64,000 nt of DNA from Octopus sinensis. Taxonomy: Eukaryota. The stretch is taken from assembly GCF_006345805.1 (NCBI RefSeq), contig NC_043019.1, forward strand, positions 9,361,360 through 9,425,359, written 5' to 3'. A program made the translations under genes and the position numbers. The notes below the pieces were generated by a model. It was given only the letters and a program-made list of their open reading frames with translations. It searched no databases and was not told where the DNA came from. Shown in pieces: positions 37,765 through 51,624 of the stretch (the first letter of the stretch is position 1; each line of letters starts with the position of its first letter).

Positions 37765-38551
37765 GTATATTTAATAAAAAATGTGTGAATGCACGTTGAC
37801 TCATATATAAACGATAAAAGGCATTCAGTATATGAATGCATAATGGCATAAGATTCATAGAAAGCTGGTTGGCTACGTTGAAGCTGTAGAGAAGGCTAAT
37901 TTCCTTCAGCTGAGCGATTAATCCTCGAAAAACTGTTATGTAAACCGGTGGAATGCCTACCGTTAAATCTTTCAAAAATATATATTTGATGAAAGGTGAG
38001 TTACCCATAATTCTGTGAAGAGTTTTGGAAATATAATCCAAATAATTCTTTCTGCTGTAGGCACAAGGCCTGAAATTTGTGGAGAGGGCACCGAGTGGAT
38101 TGCACCAACACCATTTCATTGAGAAATATGAATGTAAAGAGGCTCTCACCAAGATCAACAAGGGTAGAATCAAAGTCTTGCCTTGGAAGTGTTTGTTAAT
38201 TCAAGGCAAGCAGACAGACAGACAGACAGACTGTACGAGGATGTAAGAAATAGGTGCGCGGACAAAGAAGTAGAAAAGAATTTGAGAGAGAGTGGTTGAA
38301 GTTGTAATAAAAGGATTGGTAGAAAGAAGTAAAGAGATGGAGAGAGGGAAAAGGGTAGATGGGTGGGAGGGAGAAGCCAGAAGAGGGGGTGGGGTGAGGG
38401 GTGGGGGGGGGCTTGCTAGGAAGAGAAAAGTAAACAGTGACTGCATGAGATTGCTGACACAGATAGATAACATGCAGGGGGTGTTTGTGTTGGGGGGGAT
38501 GCAGATTATGTGGAAACGCACACACACACACATACACACATACACACAGAT

Positions 38552-38587
<36 letters not shown>

Positions 38588-38900
38588 CGTTTCTATGTAG
38601 CTTGTTGCAGACGGGGCATGGCAAGGGTGAGTTTAAAATGCCTCGAGAGATATCCGTCTAAGTGCAAGACCTTCAGCATATGTCTCCATGTTTATAGACA
38701 TACATAAATACGTGTGAATACATATAACTACATATATATATATACACAGGCATACATATATATACATTCATATATATGTATATGTATAACGTACTTACAC
38801 ATATATACATACATACATATATATGTATTCATATTAATATATATACATATATATTTAAATATACATGTGTGTGTATATATACATATACGTACATACATAT

Positions 38901-38935
<35 letters not shown>

Positions 38936-38955
38936 GATAATATACTTAGATATAC

Positions 38956-39004
<49 letters not shown>

Positions 39005-39025
39005 GATAAATATACTTAGATATAC

Positions 39026-39095
<70 letters not shown>

Positions 39096-40734
39096 TTAGA
39101 TATACATATATATGTACGTGTGTATATATATATATATACGTACAAAGTGCATTTCAGAAGTAATGAGATTTTTTCAGGGAATACTTTATTCATTGCAAAC
39201 AAGTGCAAAACTTCTTGGTTCAGGAAAATATTTCGTCGCAAAGGACCAGGGCAGCTGCACCAGAACAATACAAATCTCTTCAAAGTAAGGGCCTCTGACT
39301 TCAGTCCACTTACTGTGACGCTGCAGCCCTTTTCTTTGGGGTCCCATAGATAGATAGATAGATTCAACAAGAGGGAGAAAAAAGAGAGTACTCGTCGACC
39401 TAAGTTTAATTTAGAAGTCTTGGCTTCTTCCGCCATTTCTTCTCAAATCTTCCACCCCCACCACTTTCTGCAAAATCTTCCTCTGACTAATAAATAGAAA
39501 GAAAACCTTGTGTCTGAGACGGTTGTATTGTCAATTAAGGTTCCCCGACTGGTTTTCTGTTGTTGGATGTTGAGTATCAGTTGACGCGCGAACGCCATAC
39601 TTGTCTGCTGAATAGAAGAGATGCAGATAAGAAGTTTTTCTGAATATCTAAGTCCCGTTAGTCATCTCAAGTTTATTCAGGTGACTGCAAAGCTCGCAGT
39701 TTGTGATGGGCGGGAGGGTGCGGCGGGGTTCGGGTTTTGCTTTTTTGTCCTTTTTTGTTTTTTTAATTTGATGTTTTGTAATATATTTTTAAAGCTGGTT
39801 TTGTTATTGGAGTGTAAATAAATGCAAGTTCTGATGAGTTTGATGTGCTGTTTGATAAGGGGTCTCCTGCAGCAGCCGGGCTCTCTTCCGTTCTTCCTAT
39901 GATGCATTTTAGGGATCTTGAAAGAACAAACATTAGCTCATAACAGATTGATTATGCTGACGGCGCTGATGATGATGGTGATGGTGGTGGTAATGGTGAT
40001 GATGATGATGATGATGATGATGACGACGACGACGAAAACGATGACGATGATGATGATGAGGAGGAGGAGGGTGGCGGTGACGATTTATAATATTGTTCAT
40101 GGAAATGCTGATGGCGATAATATTGGTGTAGGTCGTAGATATGTTTCTTAATTAGCCACACAGACGGGACAGATTACAAAGTAGAGCTTTTCTTTATGGG
40201 GAGAAAAAAAAAAGTGGGGTAGGTTTTCGATCAAAAGGGATCGTAAAAGGGAAAGAAAAAAAAAGGAAAGATAATGTCACATGTTAACACATTTGTTTGC
40301 AAGTAGGTAACCCTTTGTTTTAGAATTTTCCGGGTTAAGACGGTAATGACGATGCTATGGCAGTGGTAATGGTGGGGGCAGCGGCGGTATCTTCACCGCT
40401 GCTGACGCTGACAGCGATGATGATGATGATGATGACAGGATAATAACGAGCCGCTCGGCTCAGTCTTCTGCAATCCTTTCCCCCCCCCCCCGACCAACGT
40501 CCCCTAATTTAGTCCGTTCTCCGCTTCAGCTTTTTGCAAGTTTTTCGCAAACGAGGAAGAGCAAAGTCTGGGGGCCAGGGTGGGATGAGAGAGGGACCCG
40601 TTTCTGTTGTCGGGTGGAGGATTAGGAGAAACGATTCTTTCCGTTCTTTTTTACTGTTGCTTTTTTGTTGTCGAGAACGACACAAAATATTATTAATAGT
40701 GTTTGTACCCTCCGGGGTGGCACCCAGAAAACTT

Positions 40735-41259
40735 TTATACATGCAATGTCAATCCATTTCTGGATCTTGTACAATGGCAAAACGCGTAAATTGTGTGTAT
40801 GCTGCTGCTGATTGTTGTTGTTGTTGTTGTTAAGCCACAAGGGTTATTAGGTGATGGTCTAGGGCTTAGGGGCGGGAGACCCCAGACCTTGGAAGAAAAA
40901 AAAAACTTTGGTCGTCTTGTTGTAGTCGAGGGCTCTTCGTTGACACCCGACACCACTGGGAGGTGGCCCTCGAAGTCGCTGGAAATGGAGATCTCCAGGT
41001 CCAAATTCTTGAACGGCTGCTGCTGATGTTGGTGGTGGTATTTTCTATAATGATAATATTTTAGTCCTACATCGGCTCTAAGTAGACAAAGACATTCTGG
41101 GCCCACTCCGTCTTTTTGGCACTCTATGTACCCCAATGTATCTTGGAATACCTCATTTAATGTGGGCTGGTTTCCTATATCCTTTTTTAGAATGTGGTTC
41201 GAGGGAGGTTCTGCTACTACTACGTGCAGGTCGAAAGAATAGGTTGCTGCCGAAGACAT
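40735..41259 (-). CDS. Hypothetical 174-aa ORF, unidentified
   Basis: Complex, protein-like N-terminal half (MSSAATYSFDLHVVVAEPP..TLNEVFQDTLGYIECQKDGVGPECLCLLRADVGLKYYHY..HHQHQQQ). No family recognised. Confidence 0.25.
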   Translation of the reverse strand: MSSAATYSFDLHVVVAEPPSNHILKKDIGNQPTLNEVFQDTLGYIECQKDGVGPECLCLLRADVGLKYYHYRKYHHQHQQQPFKNLDLEISISSDFEGHLPVVSGVNEEPSTTTRRPKFFFSSKVWGLPPLSPRPSPNNPCGLTTTTTTISSSIHTIYAFCHCTRSRNGLTLHV

Positions 41260-42378
41260 GTAGCTGTTGTTGTTCTTTCTGCTGTTGCTGTTGTTCTTCT
41301 TCTTTTTGTTGTTGCTGCTACTCGCTCCTGCTGCTACTCCCTCCTGCCGCTACTCGCTCCTGCTGCTACTCCCTCTTACCGTTAAAACGATTCTTCATAG
41401 TTTTGTTTCCTTTTTTTCAGTTTCTTCTCCAGGAACCCATTTTAACCGCAGCTTTTAATTTATATTTCATGGCTTAATCGGCGGAGGTGGGATAGAATTG
41501 TGTCTCCTGTTCAGAGCTTCCGAAATCGGTGGCAATAAAGGAGGCAGTAATCATCAAACCAAGAACGCGGCCCCTAATGTTTGCATTGCAATCGTATCCT
41601 CTGAAACCCCTCAACAGTCACAGGGTTAACATCTTGTGTTAGAACTTACCCCTCCAACACTCTTCAAATCTGCTGTTGCTGTTCTTTAGTTCCAAGTTAA
41701 CACGGATCAACTGTGCAATCAAGGGCGTTCCAACTATGACGATCCCTTCGTTTATTCATTTATCGTGTATCTTGAATAACATTAACTAATGCGCTTATTC
41801 TTTTATTTGTCATTTGACTGCGGCCATGCTGGTGCACCGCCTTTAGGCGAACAGATCCTCAATCTTTTTTTTTTTTTTGCATCAGCGTTTGTGAGTGAGA
41901 GTTGGTTGCTATTTCTTGAAAGTCAAGCAACACTTTGTGAAACCATTGTTGTTGTTGATGTTGTTGACGATGATGATAATGTTAAGATACAGTCCAATCT
42001 GGCCAGACACGTCTACCTAGGAAACAACTCTTTCAATGTGGCCGTTCTGCGTTCTTATGTATTGTGGACAACGATGGCCAATGCATTATTCCCTTTGTAA
42101 ACACGGCCCCGTCATTCGAAGGAGATTTTTGGCTGCTGTTTCTAGCATATCGAGTGACCACGTAGCAGCTCTCTACTCATTAGTCTCTGCTGTCGAACAA
42201 CGAACCGCCTGTAAAAAATATCAATTATCCAATGTTTTTTTCGTACAGAATTAGTTCTCCTCTCGATGCCTTATTGAACTGAATTTCATCAAGTCTCGAC
42301 GGAATAATGATGTTCAGAATACGGTTATCTCGATGAGCACTAAGTTATAGAATCAGCTGAAAACATAGTAGGGAAATT

Positions 42379-42787
42379 GGATCTTTTCGGTTTGAACGGC
42401 AGTTTTTAACATAATTTCTAGGTAACTAAAAAATTTTAAACTTCGTATACTGGTAGAATGTGTTTAGAAAGCATCTTTTTCTCTTGGCTTTATTGAGAAA
42501 ATTCTGTAGTTTGTAAGATATTTGTTGTTTTTTTCTTCAATTTCTGCAATTTCAACCAATCACTGACGTGTATTGAGTTAAAAAGCATTCTATGCCGTAT
42601 GTCCCTCGTTTAAGAAACACATTGGGTTTATTTACATTTGTGAAGACAAAAAGATACCCTTCCCCCACCCTTAACCCTAACCCTAAAAGAGATTGAAATG
42701 CAATAGATCGATACTAGGGTCATAATTATGGGTGACAATTTCATATGACACCGCTAGAAAAAACTGCCGTTCAAACCGAAACGATCC
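42379..42787. mobile_element. MITE with 29-bp TIRs and 8-bp TSD (GG termini; Merlin-like)
   Basis: GGATCTTTTCGGTTTGAACGGCAGTTTTT ... AAAAACTGCCGTTCAAACCGAAACGATCC (28/29 match). Flanks GGGAAATT and GTGAAATT (7/8). Internal TAACCCTAACCCTAA. Confidence 0.8.
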
Positions 42788-43225
42788 GTGAAATTAAACA
42801 TATAAGCGGCTGGGTATCTCGTAGACACGTTTAATTTAATGTAATTTTTGAGACCGTACCAGCGTGTGACTAGGCTGGTCCTTTGAATTAAAGACAGAAT
42901 CCAGGTTTTCGTTATTTGGTGACTCAGTTCTTTAGGGAGTCAGTTTCTTTTGCTCATCCGATGCTCTGAAGCAATCCTCCTCGTGCAACGGCGTTTTCAG
43001 AGATCTGCTGTTACGCGGTGGTCATAATTGGAGCGTGCGTTCAGTTAATCTATACATAACAAAGGCACGTTTAGATCGATAATGTCACACAATAATTGTA
43101 AGTCAGGCTTCAAATTGATGCGTTTGTGTATGTGAGTGGGTGTCTGTTTATGTGACATAGTTAGAACGTAATAAACAGTCAGTTATTGAGCAAATCAGAG
43201 AGAGAAGAAAGAGAAGAAGTTAAGG

Positions 43226-43307
43226 CGCCATCTTGTCCATGTGACTGTCACAAATCTCCTGAACAAAACGACAAAGCTACAGAGCGGGAAGTGGGGGCGC
43301 GCATGCG
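43226..43307 (-). promoter_or_regulatory. Possible minus-strand promoter (NRF1-like and YY1-like motifs)
   Basis: GCGCATGCG at 43299-43307. CGCCATCTT at 43226-43234 (AAGATGGCG on minus). Motif-only evidence. Confidence 0.25.
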
Positions 43308-43619
43308 TGGGTTTGTACATGTATGAGTTTATATGTTGGTCGCCCGCAGGTGTGTGTACTTTTATATGTGCATGTGTGTATGTGTGTGTGTGTGTATGTG
43401 TCATATGGACAGTCAGCCCGATAGACAGACGGGCAGACAGACGGGCAGACAGACAGACAGACAGACAGACAGACGGACAAATAGACAGATAGATAGACAG
43501 ACAGACAGACAGACATATAGATAGATAGATAGAAAGATCATAATCCGTACAAAACTTACAGAAGTGTCGTAAGGGCTGCAAGTTTCGGTCGTGCACTCCA
43601 CACACACACACACACTATA

Positions 43620-43882
43620 TTTTACTTGTTCCAGTCATTAGACTGCGGCGTTGCTGGGGCACCGCCTTTAAGAATCTTTAAGGTGGATTGTATCTACCCC
43701 AGTACTTATTTGTAAGGCCTGGCACTTATTCTATTGTTATCTTTTGCCGAACCGCTAAGTTACGGCTATCAAGCGGTGGTGTGGGGACAAGCAAAAACAG
43801 AAAGACACATACACACACACACACACAATGTTGAGATATTTCTCAACATGAAACCAATTGTAGTCGTAGTACACAAATAAAG

Positions 43883-43931
<49 letters not shown>

Positions 43932-44128
43932 TGTGTGTGTGTGAATATATACATATATATATATAATGACGGGCTTCTTTCAGATTCCGTCGAGCAAATC
44001 CACTCATAAGACTTTTTGTTGGCCCGAGGTTATAGTAGAAGACAATTGCCCAAAGTGCCACGCAGTGGGACTGAACTCATAAGCATGTCGTTGGGAAGCA
44101 GACTTCTTATCACACAGCCATGCCCACA
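43620..44128 (-). mobile_element. Family-A SINE with internal microsatellite
   Basis: TTACTTGTTCCAGTCATTAGACTGCGG..GGGGCACCGCC tail; CAAATCCACTCATAAG..GTGCCACGCAGTGGGACTGAAC head region. Confidence 0.8.
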
Positions 44129-44130
44129 TC

Positions 44131-44175
<45 letters not shown>

Positions 44176-44667
44176 AAGAGATAGACACATACACACATGT
44201 ATATATGTATAGGTACGTGTCTATACATAAATATATATATACTGTGTGTGTGTGTATTGTGGTGTGTATTGTGGTGTGTATTTCAATGTGTGACCGTGTG
44301 TATCAATAAACGTGTCACAGATCGATACCGAGAAGAAAGAGATCTAAACAACAAGAGAACAAGTCAGTAAGAGAGAGAGAACCATCACATCTGTTACACG
44401 GATTTCAAAAAAGTATGTCTGCCCAACACAATTTGACAGTTGTCTCTCTCTCTTAACTCTATATTTTGCTGATACAAAAGTACACCGCCACCCTCAGCCA
44501 TGGACGATAAGCGACTGACTTCTAAATGACAATTCATAAAGCTATTCGCTGGTGGAATAAATGGTATTGTTCTCACTCGAGTCGAAAGAACATTCTGTTT
44601 TAAAAGCAACAAAGCAACTTGCTCGCATCATAAGACAACGTGGTAGCCTTGCGTCATACATACATAA

Positions 44668-44752
<85 letters not shown>

Positions 44753-44988
44753 CATATGTATGTTTGTTTATATATATAAGATACGTCGAGTACAGGACAT
44801 CACCAACAAGTGAAAAATACATCAACACATCGTCAGGCATACCAGTGGATTCCATGCCCGTATATGGACTGGGACTATAATCCATAATGTTTTTATTAGA
44901 AGTGCCACCACTATTCCTTCTAGTCACCTCATCATCATCAACACACCTATTTTCATTTTGGGGGTTTAAGTTATAGTTGACAGTACTA

Positions 44989-45029
<41 letters not shown>

Positions 45030-45199
45030 TTCAACAATTCTGGCTAATTTTATATTCTTCCTACTTAATCTAGCTATGATGGTACCTATATTGGGAAGAG
45101 TGGATTATGAGATCCTATCTTACGTGAAAAGATTCCATTATATCTGTGGGAAGTAGGGAAGTTTTTTCTAAAATAGCCATAACTTTTCTATGTATGTTT

Positions 45200-45895
45200 G
45201 TGGATAATGCACAGTTGTATATATACTTCATCATGGTTTTAGTGATTAAGCTATTTCATATCCTTTTCTATGGTGTTTCTACTCTACCCGATCATTTTAA
45301 TACTTTATAATTGCCTTTAGACAAACCTAAATTTTTGTACCCCTATAAATCCATACTTAGCTTATAAAAAACAATGCGGGTATCTTCACAACTTAACATT
45401 AAACTGTCTAAATTATAATTTTCACTAATTTATTGTAAATTTGTTCTCTCACCTCAATGATAAATCTTTCTGATAATTCTAAATTTTAACTTTATACAAT
45501 AATGACGTTTTGTTTAAAATAGTTTCAGTAAATAAGTTTTTTATCCCTTTTTTAAAGTGTTCCATCCTCTTAATTTTGGTATGTTTATTGGCTTTATACA
45601 AACAGCCCTTCTCATTAAGTACCCCTAAGAAACTGTAATATCATTTATGGATTAACACAACTTTAAAAATCTATATTATACCTTTTAAGTTTCAGTCCTG
45701 ATTATAATAAGCTAAATAAGTTAATTAACAATTTTTAGCTCATAATACTTAAATTATTATGCATTTTCTATAAATACTTGTTATTAGAGTGAATAAGGAA
45801 TGGATATTTTGCTATGGTTTTTAGTGATTAGGCTGTTTTTATTCCTTTTCTATGATGTGCTACCCTAACTGATCACTTTATTATTGTTATTATTG

Positions 45896-45930
<35 letters not shown>

Positions 45931-47240
45931 TCATAGTAGCCTTAAATAAATCCAATCTTTGTACCCCTATGAATTCATACTCAGCTTATATAAGGTAACA
46001 CCAGTATCTCGACAACTTAAAATAATTCAATTTAATTAAATCCGTATCGAGTTGACATGTTCTTTAACCTCAGTTGCTTCCTTATTAAATCCAATTGATT
46101 AATCTCCATAGAAACCATAAAATAAGCTAATATTTAGATAAGTAATAAGTAAATAAATATTAAACTATTTCTTTTTCAATTTTCTTTTCATCCTTCTATT
46201 GTGGTAAAAGTTTGGTAAATACTCAAAATATTCAAAGAAGTTTTATCCCTTTGTTAAAATTTCATTCTTAATTACCTTAATTGATTACCCTAAATTTTAA
46301 CTTTATACAATGAGACAATATTGTTTGAAATGATCTTTAGAAATTACTTGATTTATCTCTTTCTTAAATGGCTCTACCCTCCTGAACTTAGTATTTATAA
46401 GGGCCTTTATATAAATAACCCTTCTAAACAAGTACCACTGAGAAACTATAAATATCATGTAGGGAGTAACAATAATAACTTCTTAAACCTATAATATGAC
46501 CCTTAGTTTTTTAAAAAAAGATTAGTGCAAAATATGATTGTCCCATAACTTAAATATTTCTTTAGCCGATACCAAACATCAGTCTTTTACTGATATTAGC
46601 TAAATAAGTAAATATATAATTTTTAGTCTAATATATTTTGAATTTTTATACTTTTTCTAAAATTCTTTTCTATTGGTGTTAATATGTTACATTTACTATA
46701 CCATAGTATTAGCAATTAAACTATTTTATTTCCTTTTCTATGGTGTTCTGCCCTACTTGATTACTTTATTTTATTTCTTTATTATTTTATAATTAGCCTT
46801 TATTTATTTATGAAATTAATCTAATTTTTGTATCTCTATAAATTCATACTTATCTTATATAAAACTATACTGGTATATTCACTACTTATATAAAAAAAAA
46901 TGCTTAGATTATTATTTTATTAATATATAATTACCATGTTCCGTTACCCCAGTACTCCTTTATTAATACCAGTATATACCGATTAATCAATATTCACAGA
47001 TACCATCTGATGAGTTAGTATATAGTATACAATATGTGTAAATATTAAACTATTTCTGGATAATTTCTTTTCTTCCCTCTATTGTGGTAAAAGTTTGGTA
47101 TATACTCAAAAGTATTCATAAATTTCTATCCTTTTGTTATAATATTCTTCTTGATAATCCTCTGAATAACCCTAAACTTTAACTATATACAATATAGCAA
47201 CATTGTTTAAAATATTTAACTATGGTACTACATGATAAGA
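45200..47240. repeat. Degenerate AT-rich tandem array, ~880-bp unit, about 2.6 copies
   Basis: Shared motifs at 45233/45814/46703, 45337/45961/46830 and 45481/46292/47174. Copy 1 has an internal deletion. Confidence 0.8.
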
Positions 47241-48231
47241 CTCCCCCTGTTTCATTATCAATGGTCTGCTAGTGGGCAACCCCTTAATTGTCAGTTGACA
47301 TCTTGTTTTAAGTTTTCCTTTACCAAACCTCATGATATTGCTTCTAGTAAATCTTAATTTTTATGACCAAACCAATTATGATGTCTGTCTGCTCCCCCAG
47401 CCCTACCCCTAACAGATACTGCCCTCTTTTCTCTCAGCCTTAGATATACAAGGGCTTTGATAAACTAGTCTATAAATTAAAACTGACCCCATAAAAACTT
47501 TGAAATGGAGAAAGACATAGCGCTAGATATAAAAAATAAGCCATTTGGGGCTAGAAATATTGCGGGGGGGGGGGGAGCGTGAAATTCTTCGAACAGGCAT
47601 GTGTCTTATGTGAAATCTGTGATCAACCCTAGTGACTAAATCTGTGATAAGCCTGAGTGATACTGATGACCTGGAGTCACCTCTGATATGTATGTATATA
47701 TATATATATATATATATGAGAATATTTCATCATCTTCTTCTTCTGCTCCACCTTCTACTTCTTAACTTTATCACTAATGCTTTTTAGTATAACACCTACG
47801 CAAATCCTATAAACAAACCTTTCAATAGAAATATTCTCATGAATTGAACTGCAACTGCTAGCTGATCATTCAAAATACGACAATCAAGGCACTCCCAAAT
47901 TTTTCCACCCCTTCTCCTCATCATCCTTCTTCTTCTACCCTACCAACAATTCACAACGACCTTGAACCCACAAGTGTAAACAAGAGAGACAGAGAAAGGC
48001 AGAAACAAGGAAAATGCCACTTATATTTGAACACTATACAAATATTCCTTTAAAAAAACTTTTCTTTTAATTTTTCAAAATTTAATTATTTAATCGTTAC
48101 ATTTGAAAAGGTCTTAAAATGACTGAAACCGGTACTGAAATGTTCTTTATAAAATTATTTTAGCATTTTCTATCTTGACTTGTTTTTCCATATATATCAA
48201 CTCGTGTGTTCCTTTTCACCCTTATACATAT

Positions 48232-48292
<61 letters not shown>

Positions 48293-49133
48293 TTATATAT
48301 GTACATGCATACAGGTATATAATACATGTGTGTGTGTGTGTGCAAACATATTATAAATCTTTACATATCCATACATGTTTGTGTATTTACCTCTATACTT
48401 AAATATATAATGGTTATATACACACGCAAATATAGACACAGAAATACAAAAGCAACAACATCCATTCATATATAACTACACACGTATACACACCTTCACA
48501 CCTATGTGTACCTACATACATCTACTCGTACACACACACACATACACACACGTTCTCTAATAGAATTCACTAGAATAGATTAAAGATCAGAGAATGTCTG
48601 TTGCAGATAAGAACAGCTAAGATGTGTCCCATTGCTAAGTCTCATATTGCTATACAAACGATGTTAGAAATGCTGACATACAAATGGTACAGCGATATAC
48701 GAAAATGCTAGAATCTCCTTTTAAACTGATTAAGTTGGTTTCAATTGAATGTGTCTCCATTTAAATGTATGGCATTGTGTATGCGGTAGAATAGCTATTG
48801 ATCAGTCTGGTTGTATGTCAGTCTGGGAGCCTGGATGATTACGGCTCTGCATGGTTCACTGCATGTGTGAATGGCTCGATGTGTGTGTGTGTAAGGCCGG
48901 CTGGCTGTCTGGCTTTTGTTTTGACTGACAGATCGTCTGCTGTGGAGGATTGTTGGTGGTTCTGGTTGGCCGTGCGAATATCTGTCTTGCTCTATCCGTG
49001 TAACTTGTTTGCCCTGTGATGTGGACGGCTGTTGGCCCGTCTGCTCTATCTACTCTCGAAAACTACTGGTCGATCTGACAAGTTGTGTGTATGAGTGTAT
49101 AGATTGTTGCATTATGGAAGACTACTGCTTGAT

Positions 49134-49555
49134 AGGCGCAGGAGTGGCTGTGTGGTAAGTAGCTTGCTAACCAACCACATGGTTCCGGGTTCAGTCCCAC
49201 TGCGTGGCACCTTGGGCAAGTGTCTTCTACTATAGACTCGGGCCGACCAAAGCCTTGTGAGTGGATTTGGTAGATGGAAACTGAAAGAAGCCCGTCGTAT
49301 ATATATGTGTGTGTGTGCGTGTATGTTTGTGTTTGTCCCCCTAGCATTGCTTGACAACCGATGCTGGTGTGTTTATGTCCCCGTCACTTAGCGGTTTGGC
49401 AAAAGAGACCGATAGAATAAGTGCTGGGCTTACAATGAATAAGTCCCAGGATTGAGTTGCTTGACTAAAGGCGGTGTTCCAGGCGGTGTTGCTCGACTAA
49501 AGGCGGTGTTCAAATGACTGAAACAAGTAAAAGAGTAAAGAGTAAAAAAAGAGTA
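49134..49555 (+). mobile_element. Family-A SINE, near full length
   Basis: AGGCGCAGGAGTGGCTGTGTGGTAAGTAGC..GGTTCCGGGTTCAGTCCCACTGCGTGGCACCTTGGGCAAGTGTCTTC...GACTGAAACAAGTAAAAGAGTAAAGAG. Confidence 0.9.
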
Positions 49556-50296
49556 TATAATAAGCATGATAGGGACCAAAACAGGCGAAAGAGAAAAGTA
49601 TATAAAATTACAAAACAAGGGGCGGGGTACGGGATGTTATATATTAGAAAGTTTATTAAGTTTCAAGAAACGAGACAATTTTTTTTTAATTATATAAAAA
49701 CAATAATTAAAAGAAGTAAATAAATATAAACAAATGAAAAGTCAAGGTGGCTCATTCAGTCATTTGAGAATATTGCAACCGAGTTTTTTCGACCTTTCCA
49801 GCAAACTTGACCACTTTCTTCTGCGACCCTATTTTTCTGGCCTCAAGTCCACATAGATGCTCCTTCTAAAACTGACCCTAATCAATTCTAGAAACGAGCA
49901 AACAAGACAACAGCCACGTCTCAATTACAGGTTCTTGTCTGTAGTTTTGTTCGAAGGTATTTATTAATATTCGATTTCTTGTACAGTCCATGGAATCAGA
50001 AGCCGTTTCTTTGATAAACTGCAGATTTTTTCCGGAAACATTTGTGGAAATTTGTGGAAATCCTCATGTCTTTCCAGCGTGTGTTGGCTCCACCTCATTG
50101 CTTGCCTCATCTTAAATGGGGAGGGGACTATTCTGTTTTCTTGTTCTTTCCTTCACTGCTGTTTCTTAAAGTCTGCCGTCTCGAAACGTAAAGACTTTTC
50201 CATTCTTCTCGAGCGTTAAACTGATACACCTGTTTGCTGTTCTTACACCTGTCTTCGTTTTTTTTTCTGTAAATTTGAACTATATATATATATAAT

Positions 50297-50680
50297 AGGC
50301 GCAGGAGTGGCTGTGTGGTAAGTAGCTTGCTTACCAACCACATGGTTCCACGTTCAATCCCACTGTGTGGCATCTTGGGCAAGTATCTTCTATAGCCTTG
50401 GGCCAACCAAAGCCTTGTGAGTGGATTTAGTAGACGGAAACTGAAAGAAGCCCTTTGAAATATATATGTGTGTGTGTGTGTGTTCTCGCACCATCGCTTG
50501 ACAACCGATGTTGGTGTGTCCACGTACCCGTAACTTAGCGGTTTGGCAAAAGAGAACAATAGAATAAGTATTAGGCTTACAAAGAATAAGTCCTGGGGTT
50601 GATTTGTTCGACTAAAGGCGATGCTCCAGCAGGGCCGCAGTCAAATAATTGAAACAAATAAAAGAAAAGTAAAAGAAACA
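50297..50680 (+). mobile_element. Family-A SINE, near full length
   Basis: Same head, body and tail as 49134-49555. Confidence 0.9.
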
Positions 50681-51624
50681 AAAAAGTATATATATATATA
50701 TATGCGTGTGTGTGTGGACATGCATATAGACAGACAGACAGACATCGCCGGACTGCCGACGATGGCTGGTCGAAACTTCAAAGTCCCTATCAATAATATT
50801 CTTGTCAAAGAATAATAAATTTCTATTCTACAAAAGAAGCCAATCAGAAAAATGAAAAATTGTTTTTATTTTAACTGAACATAAAATAAAATCCAACATT
50901 AACAAACATATAAGTGGGGGTGGGCGTGGGTGGGTGTATATTAATTGCTCAAACCTTTCTTTTTTTATTTTTCATTATGTATTTATTTATTTTGTCTTTA
51001 TGAGAACATCTCGTTTCTGTAATCATTATGAGCGATGCAAAAACATAAATTATTAAACGAACTTTTTAAGAAAACCGAAAACCATGCGAACGTTTAAACA
51101 CCTTTTGCCAGGACAAGAATCACTTTATTATCGTTAAGAGGGAATCTTTCATACATAGGAAAAGGAATTCCGTTAGGAAGAGGAGGGGGAGGAATGATGA
51201 TGATGGAATATAAGTATTAGGTGGGAGTGTGGGGCTGGGGTGGTGGTCTACTCCGTGTCTGGCGTACGAGTCGAGTGTCTCATCATAACCTCTGAACAGC
51301 GATGTAGGTCGTATCTTTTAAGCACCAGTGGAGCTGAAAAGAACATTCGGCTTAAAGGACAGCTTAATTGATCGAACAAATCTGATGTCATCTTTGATTG
51401 AACGCTTTTAAATATAAATAGCAAGCTACTTATTAATGTAAATGTATATGTGGATGAGGGTGTATGTAGGTGTGTGTGTGTATATATATACGCGTGTGTG
51501 TGTGTGTGCGTATGTATTAATATAACTGTATGTGTGTATATGGATATACGTTCGTGTGTATACAGACGCGTAGGCATGCATATATTTGTACGACCGTATA
51601 TCACCCACAGAATCATTTACACGG

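Noticed and set aside
45200-47240. Possible NUMT because of high AT content
   Set aside because: No mitochondrial protein, rRNA or tRNA motifs recognised. The tandem structure is better explained as a nuclear repeat.
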